The notes under the pieces were generated by a model, which ran no database searches, was not told the DNA's origin, and saw nothing but the letters and a program-made list of their open reading frames with translations. A program made the translations under genes and the position numbers. Source: Eledone cirrhosa (Eukaryota). From it: DNA of 64,000 nucleotides. Shown here in pieces: positions 49,736-64,000 of this stretch (positions are counted from its first letter, which is position 1; each line of letters starts with the position of its first letter). The stretch lies in contig OZ024742.1 of the NCBI GenBank assembly GCA_964016885.1, positions 193,812,001-193,876,000 of the forward strand. The letters run 5' to 3'.

Positions 49736-50347
49736 TTATTATAGTTATATTTATTTTCTGAGTGAGTGAGTATATGTATATATTTATGTACCTTTGCCTA
49801 TGTATATGTGATATACGATAGATAATCTCTCTAGCAATATATATATTTTATAATGTTTAAATTCCAATTTTTAATATATTGATCTCAATTTTTAAACTAA
49901 ATATATAATCATAATTAAACAATGTGTAATTTCTCATATTATATATCTATATTCCATTCACGAATATTAATATTTCTAATTTTATTTATTCATTTCATCT
50001 CAATTGTTAACTCAACTTAATATAACATAACTTAAGGTTTTCGTTCTCTCCCCCCTCTCTCTATCTCTGCATATCTCTCTCTTGAGTTCTTTCTCTGTCT
50101 GATGTTTTGATATCTCCCCGTTATTTTTCCTCTGTTCTCTTTTCTTTTTGCTTTCTTCTTTTTTTCTTTATCTATCTTTCCCTTTCTTTTCTCCACGTTT
50201 CTCTCTCTCTCTCCATCTTTTTACTTACTCTTAACACTATTACTTACTAAAGTAAACAAACCACTATCCGGATAGCCTCCAAAAACAACGTTCACCTTCT
50301 TGAAAGGGTACGTCAATATCTATTTGTAAAATTGTTATATATTGTAT

Positions 50348-50405
50348 TTTGTCTGATGAAGGCATACCATGATTTAACTTGATATCCTTGAAATATATAC
50401 AATGA
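50348..50405 (+). ncRNA. HHR-like motif in a solo repeat ending at (TA)n
   Basis: ttgt-CTGATGA-agg...cct-t-GAAA-tatat-acaa; the register at the cleavage site is imperfect. Confidence 0.45.
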
Positions 50406-50468
50406 AATAAATATGGTTTTATGAATATAGTTTCCATTTATTAATATTGTATATATATATATGTATAT

Positions 50469-50600
<132 letters not shown>

Positions 50601-50767
50601 ATAGATATATGTATAAATGGTGTTTAGCATCTTTATATCATAATATAAAGATGTTAAACTGCTCTGTGATAATAAAAACGCATGCACAGAGGGGAGAATG
50701 AATGATGATGTTAATTTAACCGTGACTTCCCTCCTGGATCCTATATTGAACATTATTTTGCTTCCCA

Positions 50768-50810
50768 TGCCCTTGATAATCCCGCTCAGAGCGAAACGTA
50801 CGTAGGTGCA
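50768..50810 (+). ncRNA. HHR-like motif with U3-A8 core
   Basis: cc-TTGATAA-tccc-gct(cag)agc-GAAA-cgtacg-TA-gg; loop III is palindromic and stem II is irregular. Confidence 0.5.
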
Positions 50811-51980
50811 CAATTATATAAACCTGTTTTAACGGTTTTCAACTCTTTGTATTCATTTCCTTTATATTAATATATATATATATTTATTAAAATAACAGAT
50901 TAAAGTTTAAGCAAAGAATCGCTGCTTTACCCCTTAACGGGATTTTCTGAGATTAAAAAAAACATATATATATTTGTATATATATATATATATAAGAATA
51001 ATGTGTATGGTATTGAGTACTCCAACACGTGACCGTCCTTACTATATGTGTGTGAGAGGGACAGAGATTTCACATAGACAAGAATTGTACAGCAGCAAAA
51101 TCCTTTCATTAGTTTGAATCACGCTCGGATGAAACAGTTCTCGTTCTGTAGATGTGGTTTTCCATGTAAAATAAATATACATTCACTACTTAATCTTTTG
51201 AGTACTTTGGTTTGTCTCTGTTTCATCTCGAAAACTATTCCTTTTATGTATGCGTTAGTGAGTGTGTGTGTGTGTCTAGATATATTTTTATGTGTGTGTT
51301 TCTGTTTCACGTCAGAAAACTACTAATTTTATGTATGAAATTGTCAGTGTGTTATTATGCATATGCGAGCTGATTGAGGATAAAAATTTACAAGAAAAAC
51401 TAAATTCAACAATTTCAATTCTAGATGTTATAAACTTTTAATTAATTTTTCTTCAAAAAGCCAACGCTTAAATTCAGTCGATTATATTTAAACAATAAAT
51501 TCAGGTTTCATCGTATTGCTATTCTGTCAATTTCTCTACTTCAGACAATTTTTTATGAGTGTTTGTAAATAAAACACTCAAGACACCAGCTGGAAGCTAA
51601 CGGAATTTTAATTCGTATGTGGTCATCGCCTTATATATTGTTATTTCCCTCTATTATCTACAGACCATTACCATGTTTTATTGTAAATAGATATTATTAC
51701 CGGACAACTTTATCTTTTATCGAGATTTTGCCTATCTCATTTAATAGTTAACTGTTGCACATCACACACATATTCTTATCAAACTCTTCCTAATTATATA
51801 TACACATATACATATATACACAGGTATGCACATATACACATTTTACACATTTACATACACACACACACACACACATATTTATACATTTTAATTTACACAC
51901 ATTTACATATACACACATATATATATATATACATTTTAATTTACACACATTTACTTATACATACATTTACATATACACAC

Positions 51981-52030
<50 letters not shown>

Positions 52031-52035
<5 letters not shown>

Positions 52036-52150
52036 AACAAGTAAGACCCCGACGGCTGAGCTCAAGCCGTTTCGACGGCTAATTCTGGAAGTCCAGAATT
52101 AGCCGTCGAAACGGCTTGAGCTCAGCCGTCGGGGTCTTACTTGTTCCTAT
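52031..52150. repeat. Perfect palindrome with 59-bp arms and a 2-nt loop, containing the 3' half of an HHR
   Basis: 52031-52089 is the exact reverse complement of 52092-52150; it contains GAA-acggcttgagctcagccg-TC. Confidence 0.92.
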
Positions 52151-52227
52151 TACCCACTCTACTAACCTAAGTATTGAGTACTTTGGTGCGTTATGGTCCA
52201 CCTGGTTCCTTACCACTTTTCCTTCGT

Positions 52228-52274
<47 letters not shown>

Positions 52275-52449
52275 AAGTGTTTTCAAATAGATACATCTAA
52301 TGGTGATGATGGCACAGTCGGTCACATATGATAATTTTCTTCCTTCAGCAAAAAAGGAGGCGGCAAATGTGTCCAAATTTCATCGATCGTTTTGACACAA
52401 ATTGTGTATGTACTCAGGTTGCTGGGCCCAAATTACTGAAATTTGAACG

Positions 52450-52725
52450 GACATCTTCCCTTGACCTCGAGTCCAGCTCCTATAGCCAGTCCCAGAGCCA
52501 AGAGGAGGTTCTATCCTCTGCCTCCCGCACACTTCGCTCAATGACCTATCTCATTCTTTCTCGTCCATATACACTGCCCCAAAATATTCTCTGGTGAATC
52601 TCAAATATGTCTAACAGTATTTTACACAATAATTTTAGCCAGCTAGTGATTTGCTCTTCCCAGACCTTCACAGCCCACTTCCAAGGGTACCAACATTCCT
52701 GTCAGAATTACTTTCTTCGCCTCCT
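52450..52725 (-). pseudogene. Possible decayed 3' end of an RLE-type (NeSL/HERO-like) non-LTR element
   Basis: Broken frames give AKKVIL...VP.E and EAEDRTSSWLW, resembling the ELTVPWE and AE.AS.WLW motifs. Confidence 0.4.
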
Positions 52726-52803
52726 CATATGATATGTATACATGCAAGAGTATAATTACTTGCTCACGCGATTTAGTGTCTGTGTCTCTGTTTATGGATA
52801 ATG

Positions 52804-52851
<48 letters not shown>

Positions 52852-52885
52852 TGTGTGTGTGTGTATGTGTGTATGTGTGTGTGTG

Positions 52886-52937
<52 letters not shown>

Positions 52938-55719
52938 TGTACGTGTGTGTGTGTGTGTGCGTATGTGTCTCTCTGCGTGCGTTTGCTATTTTAATGCATG
53001 ATACTGCAGGCTTGATTATAGCATCTTATATATTTAACTTCTCTCGAGAGAATTGTGCTTATTTATTCTATTCATGTGTATTTGTTTTTTGTTTATTTTA
53101 CATGACATCTCTCTTATTTATTGATTGGCTTGGACGTTGTAGAGCAGAACTAGGATAATATGCCATGTCTATCCCATTATTGATTACTTCCCCAGTAAGA
53201 GAATTATAATTTACTCCGTGTTATATTCTCCATGTTTAGTGTTTTTAGACCATGGGATCTGATTTTATGGACTATTGGTTGTTGTGTTTATTAAGTCAAA
53301 TTGAGGCGTCCTCGGTAGGTTCTTCCACGTCTCGTATTCGGTGAAGTGGTAAAATGCATTGCTATATGTCAACGCTAATTCTTAAACAGGTGTGTAGACT
53401 GTTACTCGCATACTTTTAATTGAATAGCCGAAATATAATGTTGATAACAGCTAATATAGTAGAAATTAATGCCAAAGAATCAGGAATTTCATAAAACTAA
53501 ATACCTCATTAGGAAAGCTCTGTTAAATAAATAAATCATCATTTATAGGCGCCTTTGAATATTCATTGAACGTTAAATAGATAGTCTTGTTTGAAAAGGA
53601 GTCAATAATAACACAAATTGTGTTATATAGTCGCATATCTATTTTAGTAAAGAGATCTATATATTGGAAATCAGAAACAATCTCATCTGAAAATTTAAAA
53701 AGAGATGTGCCAAATATCCAGATTGATTGGATTGCAAATAGAAACATCCCGTATTATATTCCTTTCAACAGTGTTGAATGAATAGCTGCTAGAGACGGTA
53801 CTTAAAACGTCTGACCATATAATGTTTCCTCCGCATAATTTTCAAAAACCATTGGGAGTAAATGGCTGCCTATTATCAATAATGCTATTGCGCTGTGGTC
53901 AATATTCAGCAGCAATTCAACATATTGTAAATTCAGAATCAAATTCATTCATCAAAACCAATTGAATTAACAATAAAACCAAAATTGCATCTCTCCATCT
54001 TAGCTAACTAGCTTTCCTAATTGACAGACGTCGATAACCAAATAGGATAAATATGGTGCATAAACTAGTGTGATCTGAATTCCCAGTGTGTTACTTCCAA
54101 GTATATTAACTTTGAGCTGCGTTTCCCAGTTCAAAGTCACATGTGCCGTTTAACACAAGCGTGCAATTTTCTGTTATCTTTATAGTTCACAGTTTAGAAT
54201 ATAGTGGATAGAGAATCACATTATTCGCTGCAGAAGGCGCAATGCATCTCATACAGCTTGATTTTTACATGCAGTGGATGTTGTATCATGTTGCCATCAG
54301 CTATTACGACCGTTTACATGCAATCGCCAATAAAGTTAATATTCCCGTGCGAAATATATGGTCTGCGTTACAATATAACAATTAAGAAATATATAAATTT
54401 CCTCCATAATGTAAAGTCACAAACAAATGGTCGAGATTAGCTCATGTAATGTTCTTTAAAATTTATCCTAAACCAGATCATTTATTCGGCTCCCAGGGGG
54501 TGTAGCACATAGTTTAACACGATTATTATACATACCGGAATACATAATTAATGATACTGAACTGATCAAATATTTTCGATAATATCATCTGCGGTAATAT
54601 CGTTTAAAATCTGAATATATCAGCTTATATTAATAAAAGAACAAAAAGGGAATTTCGATTATTCTGTTATATTAAATACGCCACATTTTTCCACTCGATT
54701 GCAATTTATTTTTATCAAGAAACTGCATTTGCTTCTTTAACTCAACTATTTTACGAATACATCTAATGTGACCTCGACAATAATCACGTGCTACGACACA
54801 AAATGAAGTATAACGTTTAAAATTACATAATGAAATTCGTAAAAGATTTTTTTTTTTTTGCAGAAATACTTTTTTGTGACATGTTTTTATTCACATATTT
54901 CTCTACATACACATGCATCAAAAATATACTTTATATATATATATATATGTGTGTTCACAGTTACGTATGTTAATACACACAAATACGCACGAATCGGCAT
55001 ATTTTCGCACAGGCAAAATTCGCAACGATATATAAGCCAAACAAATTATATAAAAACAAATTACCCAAATATTACTTTCCTTGCATTTATAGTTACAAAA
55101 TGCTGGATGCAAATTTACATGATATGCATAATGCTGATTAAATTAGAATGTAATGAACACCTTTTGATGTTTCCTATTTGATGTCATGGGAGATATACTC
55201 CACGTGTGAAAATCTTCCAGAATCAATTTTCACCAAAAATAATCAATGAATTTTAATTTCACACAATTACAATTTCTTTCTAGCTATTATTCGCTAACTT
55301 CAATCGTTTATGGTAAATAAATATATTTTCTGTGTTTTCTAATTACAAAATTATACGCGGATTTTAATTTTTATAAGGTAAAGCCATGTTTCCTAAAAGA
55401 AAAACAAGGATAATTAAATATTTAAATATCTTTGTTGTGAAATCGTTACAGACACTTCATTCCATATTATTTCATTAGTTGTATGCGTAGTAACTTAAGA
55501 GAATCACGCCAGAGAAACCAGTAACTAGTTCTACGATGTGCAGAAATATACAATCCAGTCCAGATTGTAGTGTTGCTCCGTCTTCATATTTTTTTCTTTC
55601 TTTTTAAAATCATATATATATGTGTGTGTCTGTGTGTGTGTGTTTATGTGTGTATGTATACATGTGGATATATGTGTATATATATATATATTTATATATA
55701 TGTATATATATATATATGG

Positions 55720-55767
<48 letters not shown>

Positions 55768-55769
55768 GG

Positions 55770-55807
<38 letters not shown>

Positions 55808-55812
55808 ATATG

Positions 55813-55909
<97 letters not shown>

Positions 55910-55916
55910 ATATATA

Positions 55917-56880
55917 CTAGCAGCAGTAACCAGCGTTGCCTGGGTAGGTAAGATAATATCTGCTTTGATGAAAAGGTTTTGATCTTAGCGACTGCTTCTC
56001 GATGACTCATCTATGGCCACACACAGTCCATGCGGGGGACGGTGGAGATGACCTCTATCACTGAGAAACGTGGGTGACTGACCAAGGGGTAGGTTGGGGG
56101 AGGGAGGTAATGACCTCTAAAATTAACCCAAATTTCCTCAGGCTACTTGATTGGAAACCGATGAATTCTCAAATACACAACAAAAATCTCAGACGAGGTC
56201 AGAGTCCATATTTTTCTTTTGACCATCTATAAGATGTACAATGATAGGTTCTATCGTAGTATAAAAGTTGAACCAAATAAATTGATTGTGGAGCTGAAGT
56301 TTCACATTTGAACGAAATCGGTTGAAAAATGTCGGTGCTAGAGCCAAAAAGGCGGAAATTTTAGCGAAAAGGTGGTATTTTCGAATATTTAAGCAGCTGC
56401 CGCGCCGTTCCTGAACAATAAATCCAAAATGTAAAGCTACTTAAAGACGTGAAATAATAAGGTCTAGCATAGTGTAAAATTTGAACAAAGTAGGTTGATT
56501 AATGTAAAAATGGTATTTTTGAATATTTTAGCGATTGTCATGCCGTCCCTGGACATCAAATGCAAAATATAAAGCGAGTACAGGATGTGCAATGACACAT
56601 TCTATTTTGCTTTAAAATCTGAACGATATTTGTGCCAAAATGTGGGAGCTAGAGCCAGAAATCTTATTTTTCTATACCTAAAAAAAGGTGATCCCCGCTA
56701 TCGATGTTTAAATGCAGATTGACCCCGGTATAAAAGGAAAGATACGATGATATATAGAAAACACTCCCCGATGACTAATCTATGAGCCTGTAAAGTTTCA
56801 TGAAAATCGGTCGTAAGATGTAGACCCCTATAGGTAATACACAGACACACAGACACACACACATACTTAATTTTATATAT
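55917..56880 (-). mobile_element. Non-autonomous Helitron (~1 kb)
   Basis: 3' hairpin acccaggcaacgctggtt plus CTAG then T. The 5' region has a (tgtc)-type microsatellite and ccgattttcatgaaact, there are internal subrepeats, and the 5' end is obscured by (TA)n. Confidence 0.7.
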
Positions 56881-56896
56881 ATATACAGATATATAC

Positions 56897-57067
<171 letters not shown>

Positions 57068-57198
57068 TATATAGATATATATATATATATATGGATGTAT
57101 ATATAATGTATTTTGCAATACACTTTATGGTTAATTAAAAGCATTTTGAAGACCGTATGCTATTGTTTTAGAGTAGTGACAAATTCACTTACTTTAAT

Positions 57199-57286
57199 CT
57201 CAGCAAACAGGGGAGTTAAGCCGACAAGACCTTGTTTCGCTTTTGTTGAAGCTTATCAAGGCTAACTACCTCTCCTGTCTACTGAG
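57199..57286 (-). ncRNA. Type I hammerhead ribozyme with U3-A8 core; GUC site with C at 57223
   Basis: Minus strand: agcc-TTGATAA-gctt(caacaa)aagc-GAA-acaaggtcttg-TC-ggct, with outer helix ctcagtagacagg/cctgtttgctgag. Confidence 0.85.
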
Positions 57287-57517
57287 ATTACTGATGTTAT
57301 ATTCTTATAGATTTCTAGTAAATAATCAGGAACTGATTATACAGAGCGATTGTTGGTTAGGCAGAAATAAAAAATTAGAATTGGAGCTCTGAAATAGCAA
57401 TATATATATATGGATGTATATATAATATATTTTGCAATACACTTTATGCTTAATTAAAAGCATTTTGAAGACCGTATGCTATTGTTTTAGAGTAGTGACA
57501 AATTCACTTACTTTAAT

Positions 57518-57605
57518 CTCAGCAAACGGGGGAGATAAGCTGACAAGGCCGTGTTTCGCTTTTGTTGAAGCTTATCAAGGCTAACTACCCCTCTTGTCTA
57601 CTGAG
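57518..57605 (-). ncRNA. Type I hammerhead ribozyme with U3-A8 core; GUC site with C at 57542
   Basis: Minus strand: agcc-TTGATAA-gctt(caacaa)aagc-GAA-acacggccttg-TC-agct; one mismatch each in stems I and III. Confidence 0.78.
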
Positions 57606-57679
57606 ATTACTGATCCATATATATATTGCTACTGAGATAACTACATCCATATATATATATTGCTATTTCAGAGCTCCAA

Positions 57680-60358
<2,679 letters not shown>

Positions 60359-60439
60359 TGAAAGTAAAAGAAAATGCTGACAAATTGTTTCCAGTGAAAA
60401 ATAATTTAATTAGGTATAATCAAAAAATAGTAATATCTC

Positions 60440-60481
60440 TTTGTATGTTAATGTACGCGTGTGTATGTGTGTGAGTATATA

Positions 60482-60512
<31 letters not shown>

Positions 60513-62318
60513 GTGTGTGTGTGGGTGGACCAGTATGTTTGTGATACTGGTAAAAATGGTGTACATTATTCGATATTTTCAGTAAAAACGATTCTCTCAA
60601 TAGAACATCAAAAACCTTAATAATAAAAGGTGTGAAATGATATATAGTATTGGCATAATACCAAGGTGTCTGTGACCCACTTAATCCAACCTAGTCATGG
60701 GATACCTGGAAATCACCCTCTACACTAAAATACTAAACAAATTTGGAAACACTCTCCACTTACACTGGAAGGGATATATAGATGACTGCTTCATCCTTTG
60801 GCACGAAAACATCGAGAAACTTAAAGAATTTCCCACCCTTATAAATGGGCTCAACACGAAGATTAACTTCACGGTGGAATACAGCCATCAACAACTCCCC
60901 CTCCTCGACATCCTCATTAAGATCCATAACAAAAAAATAGAAACAGATATATACTACAAGCCCACAGACTCCAAGCAATATCTTCCTTTCAAATCTTGCC
61001 ACCCTAGACACGTTAAAATTAATATTCCCTACAACTTAACCAAGAGAATCTGTACTATAGTCTCCAAAAAAAACACCTGCTACCTACGGCTACAAGAACT
61101 AAAGGACATACTCATAGGCAGGGACTACCCTGCATCACTAGTTGACAATGGAATCCAACGTGCCCTAAAACTCAGTACCCATGACTTTAGACACCCTAAA
61201 AAAATAAACCGAAACTAAAAGCTCTTCCATACATCTCCACACACAACCTCCTCAACAATGAGGCCTTTGACACCATCCTCCAGAAGATCCCTGTGTTGAA
61301 AAGGACCATAGAATGAACTAAATCCTACGAACACACGATATCTTAAAGAGCAAAAGACAATCTAAGTCAATGAAAAACATCCTAACACATGCCAAAGTAC
61401 TGCCAACCACAACAACAAAACCAACAGTAAAAAAATGCGATAGACCCAACTGTGGCATATGCATCAACCTAATAGAGGGTTCGGAATTCTATTTCAAAGA
61501 AGGGCAAAGTTTTATAGTAAAACACAATTTCACATGCGCATCAGAAAATCTAATATATGTATTAACTTGCTCAGGTTGTCGAGAACAATACATAGGCAAG
61601 ACCAAAAACAGCCTCCGCCAATGCAGGACTGTCCATAGATCCCAAATTAAAATACGGGAATACAGGAAAATACCACTGAGTGAACACACTGATACCTGTG
61701 CCGCCCAAAATCATCCCAACTTCAGAATATTTCCCCTCTACAAATTTAATGATAATGCCACCCACACCCAGCGCATCAGCAAGGAATCTCACTTTATTAA
61801 CAAATACGGACCAGTCTAAATACTTCTCCCTAAGACCAACCCACAACATACACACGTCGACATACATACCTACATCAGCATACATCTCTATCCACATATA
61901 AACACAATGACATACGTAAAAACACATGTTCTATGGTGCAACACAAATATACACAAATGTGCATACCTTTTGATGTCTATAGATATAAACGTGCCGACAC
62001 ACACACATACATATACGCACACATGCATTGCACACTGATGGGTACATACATATTTGTACACAAGTATTCCAATACGGCAAGGCCTAATGGATTCCCCTTG
62101 CAGTACGTACAATCTGGAAACTCACACACACCTTGGTATTATGCCAATACTATATATCATTTCACACCTTTTACTATTAAGGTTTTTGATGTTCTATTGA
62201 GAGAATCGTTTTTACTGAAAATATCGAATAATGTACACCATTTTTACCAGCATCACAAAAATACTGGTCCAACCACACACACGCACACATTCTCTCACAC
62301 ACACACACACATATATAT

Positions 62319-62351
<33 letters not shown>

Positions 62352-63066
62352 TACACACGCGTACATTAACATACACAGAGACATATAAACACACATACAC
62401 ACACTTCTCCGTATAAGACAAGAGCTGAAAAATATCTTTTAACATGTTAAAATATCCCCCACACACGTACAGACACATTCCTACTGACCATCCCTCTACC
62501 ACGAATTACTCTGCTACACACACACACACACACACACTTGTCTTAATAGGCATTTGAACTGCCAACAGGCTGCGGTTCGCAAACACATCCCTGCTGGCCA
62601 TTATCACAACAACGAACCTCTTTACTACTACTACTACACACACACACATATTTGTCTTGAAAGACTTATTTTTCAGTGACTTCACAATCAGCCGAGACAA
62701 ACCTACATTTGGCGCAAAATCAATTTTTAACATTCACATGACCTCTACCGACCAATCAAAATTGTTTTGACCACAATCATTTGTTCATGCATCTGGAGCC
62801 ACTTTTTTTTAAATAGAACATGTAGAATTTCCAAAACTAATCAGATTAGAGCAAACATCACGGGCGCTCTATCTCAAAATTATTTTTGAAAAGCATTAGA
62901 AATGCGCAACCGGTAAAACTTAAAACCAAAACTGAATACTAACCAATACTATTACTAATTTTTACTTATTCCTAATTAAACTATTTTTCACTGGGAACAA
63001 TTTGTCAGCATTTTCTTTTCCTTATTCCAATATATCATAACTCGTGCGTTACACCTCTATTCTTTT
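60440..63066 (+). mobile_element. 5'-truncated Neptune-like PLE (ORF pieces 60697-61218 and 61370-61819) with an inverted UTR copy at its 5' junction
   Basis: NLVMGYLE, WKGYIDDCF, YYKPTDSKQYL, C..PNC..C and NLIYVLTCSGCREQYIGKT. 60440-60675 mirrors 62122-62370. Confidence 0.9.
62883..62918 (+). ncRNA. Minimal HHR with U3-A8 core in the PLE 3' terminus; GAAA mutated to GCAA
   Basis: ttt-TTGAAAA-gcatt(aga)aatgc-GCAA-ccgg-TA-aaa. Confidence 0.65.
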
Positions 63067-63081
63067 AAATATATATATATA

Positions 63082-64000
63082 TACGTCTCATTTATATTTA
63101 TACTCGGATTCTTTTCCTAGAGTGCTTAAACTATCTGTGAGTAATCCCGGTTTTTTTCATAAAAACTGTGATAATTATTGCTATTTTGCTGAACTCCTTG
63201 TAGAGTTTTTTTCAGAATGTATTTGACTGCTATTTCTTGTAAATAAACATTCACTTCCATCCTGACGTCACTAGCCCCGTTTTTTCCTCATGTGCTTTTT
63301 CATAAATACACATGAAGGCGAACTAGCCAGTTTTAGAATTCCCTTTTTCGGACTATATTACTGTGAGAGCCCTGGTTTTCTGTTGAGCTCTGCTGATGAA
63401 TGATATTCCAACCGTGACCATCTCCACTGAAAGTTTTCATGAAATAGTCTTTTAAGACTATACAGAGCATTTGATGTTATTCCAAATTGAAGGATAAGTG
63501 TTTCAAACTTTGTTTTATCATGAGTTAAAGGTCTATAGATTTTTCCATGGATTTTACTAAATTCTGTGGATGAATTTGTATCCTGATTCTCTTTTGAGAT
63601 TAGTTTGAGTTATTTTTCCTAAATCTTTCGTTAACTACTTTTCCCATCTTGACGTTATAGTCGCATATATGTTATAGAATGCCGTTACCTTCTTGCTAAA
63701 ACAATCTCTATACGTCTCATTTATATTTATACTCGGATTCTTTTCCTAGAGTGCTTAAACTATCTGTGACTAATTCCGGTTTTTTTCATAAAAACTGTGA
63801 TAATTATTGCTATTTTGCTGAACTCCTTGTAGAGTTTTTTTCAGAATGTATTTGACTGCTATTTCTTGTAAATAAACATTCACTTCCATCCTGACGTCAC
63901 TAGCCCCGTTTTTTCCTCATGTGCTTTTTCATAAATACACATGAAGGCGAACTAGCCAGTTTTAGAATTCCCTTTTTCGGACTATATTACTGTGAGAGCC
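63082..64000. repeat. Tandem duplication with 629-bp period, running off the window end
   Basis: 63082-63370 is nearly identical to 63711-64000. Confidence 0.9.

Noticed and set aside
53200-55500. Possible host exons in the less repetitive stretch
   Set aside because: I saw no recognisable protein motif or coherent splice pattern. The region could be intronic or old repeat and cannot be resolved without RNA data.

Overview
This is eukaryotic, AT-rich, microsatellite-dense DNA. The repeat content looks like an octopod cephalopod, which is an inference. I found no convincing host protein-coding gene; the window is almost entirely nested retroelements separated by (TA)n, (CA)n, (GA)n and (GATA)n tracts. 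It holds at least seven Penelope-like element (PLE) copies or fragments (RT plus GIY-YIG) from about four sequence types, and many solo PLE-type terminal repeats. It also holds a nearly intact Tx1/L1-clade LINE plus a truncated sister copy, both bordered by (TCTA)n-type repeats, about 13 tRNA-derived SINE copies, two divergently oriented non-autonomous Helitrons (one keeping spliced STPR-like RepHel exons), and decayed hAT, Tc1/mariner, RTE, CRE-like and RLE-type fragments. The main hidden signal is more than a dozen type I hammerhead ribozyme (HHR) motifs, many with the U3-A8 compensatory core. These include an ORF-less ~320-nt tandem unit whose HHR shows stem covariation (retrozyme/circRNA-like), and several fold-back palindromes centred inside HHRs. 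All alignments, folds and clade labels were made by eye; no searches were run.
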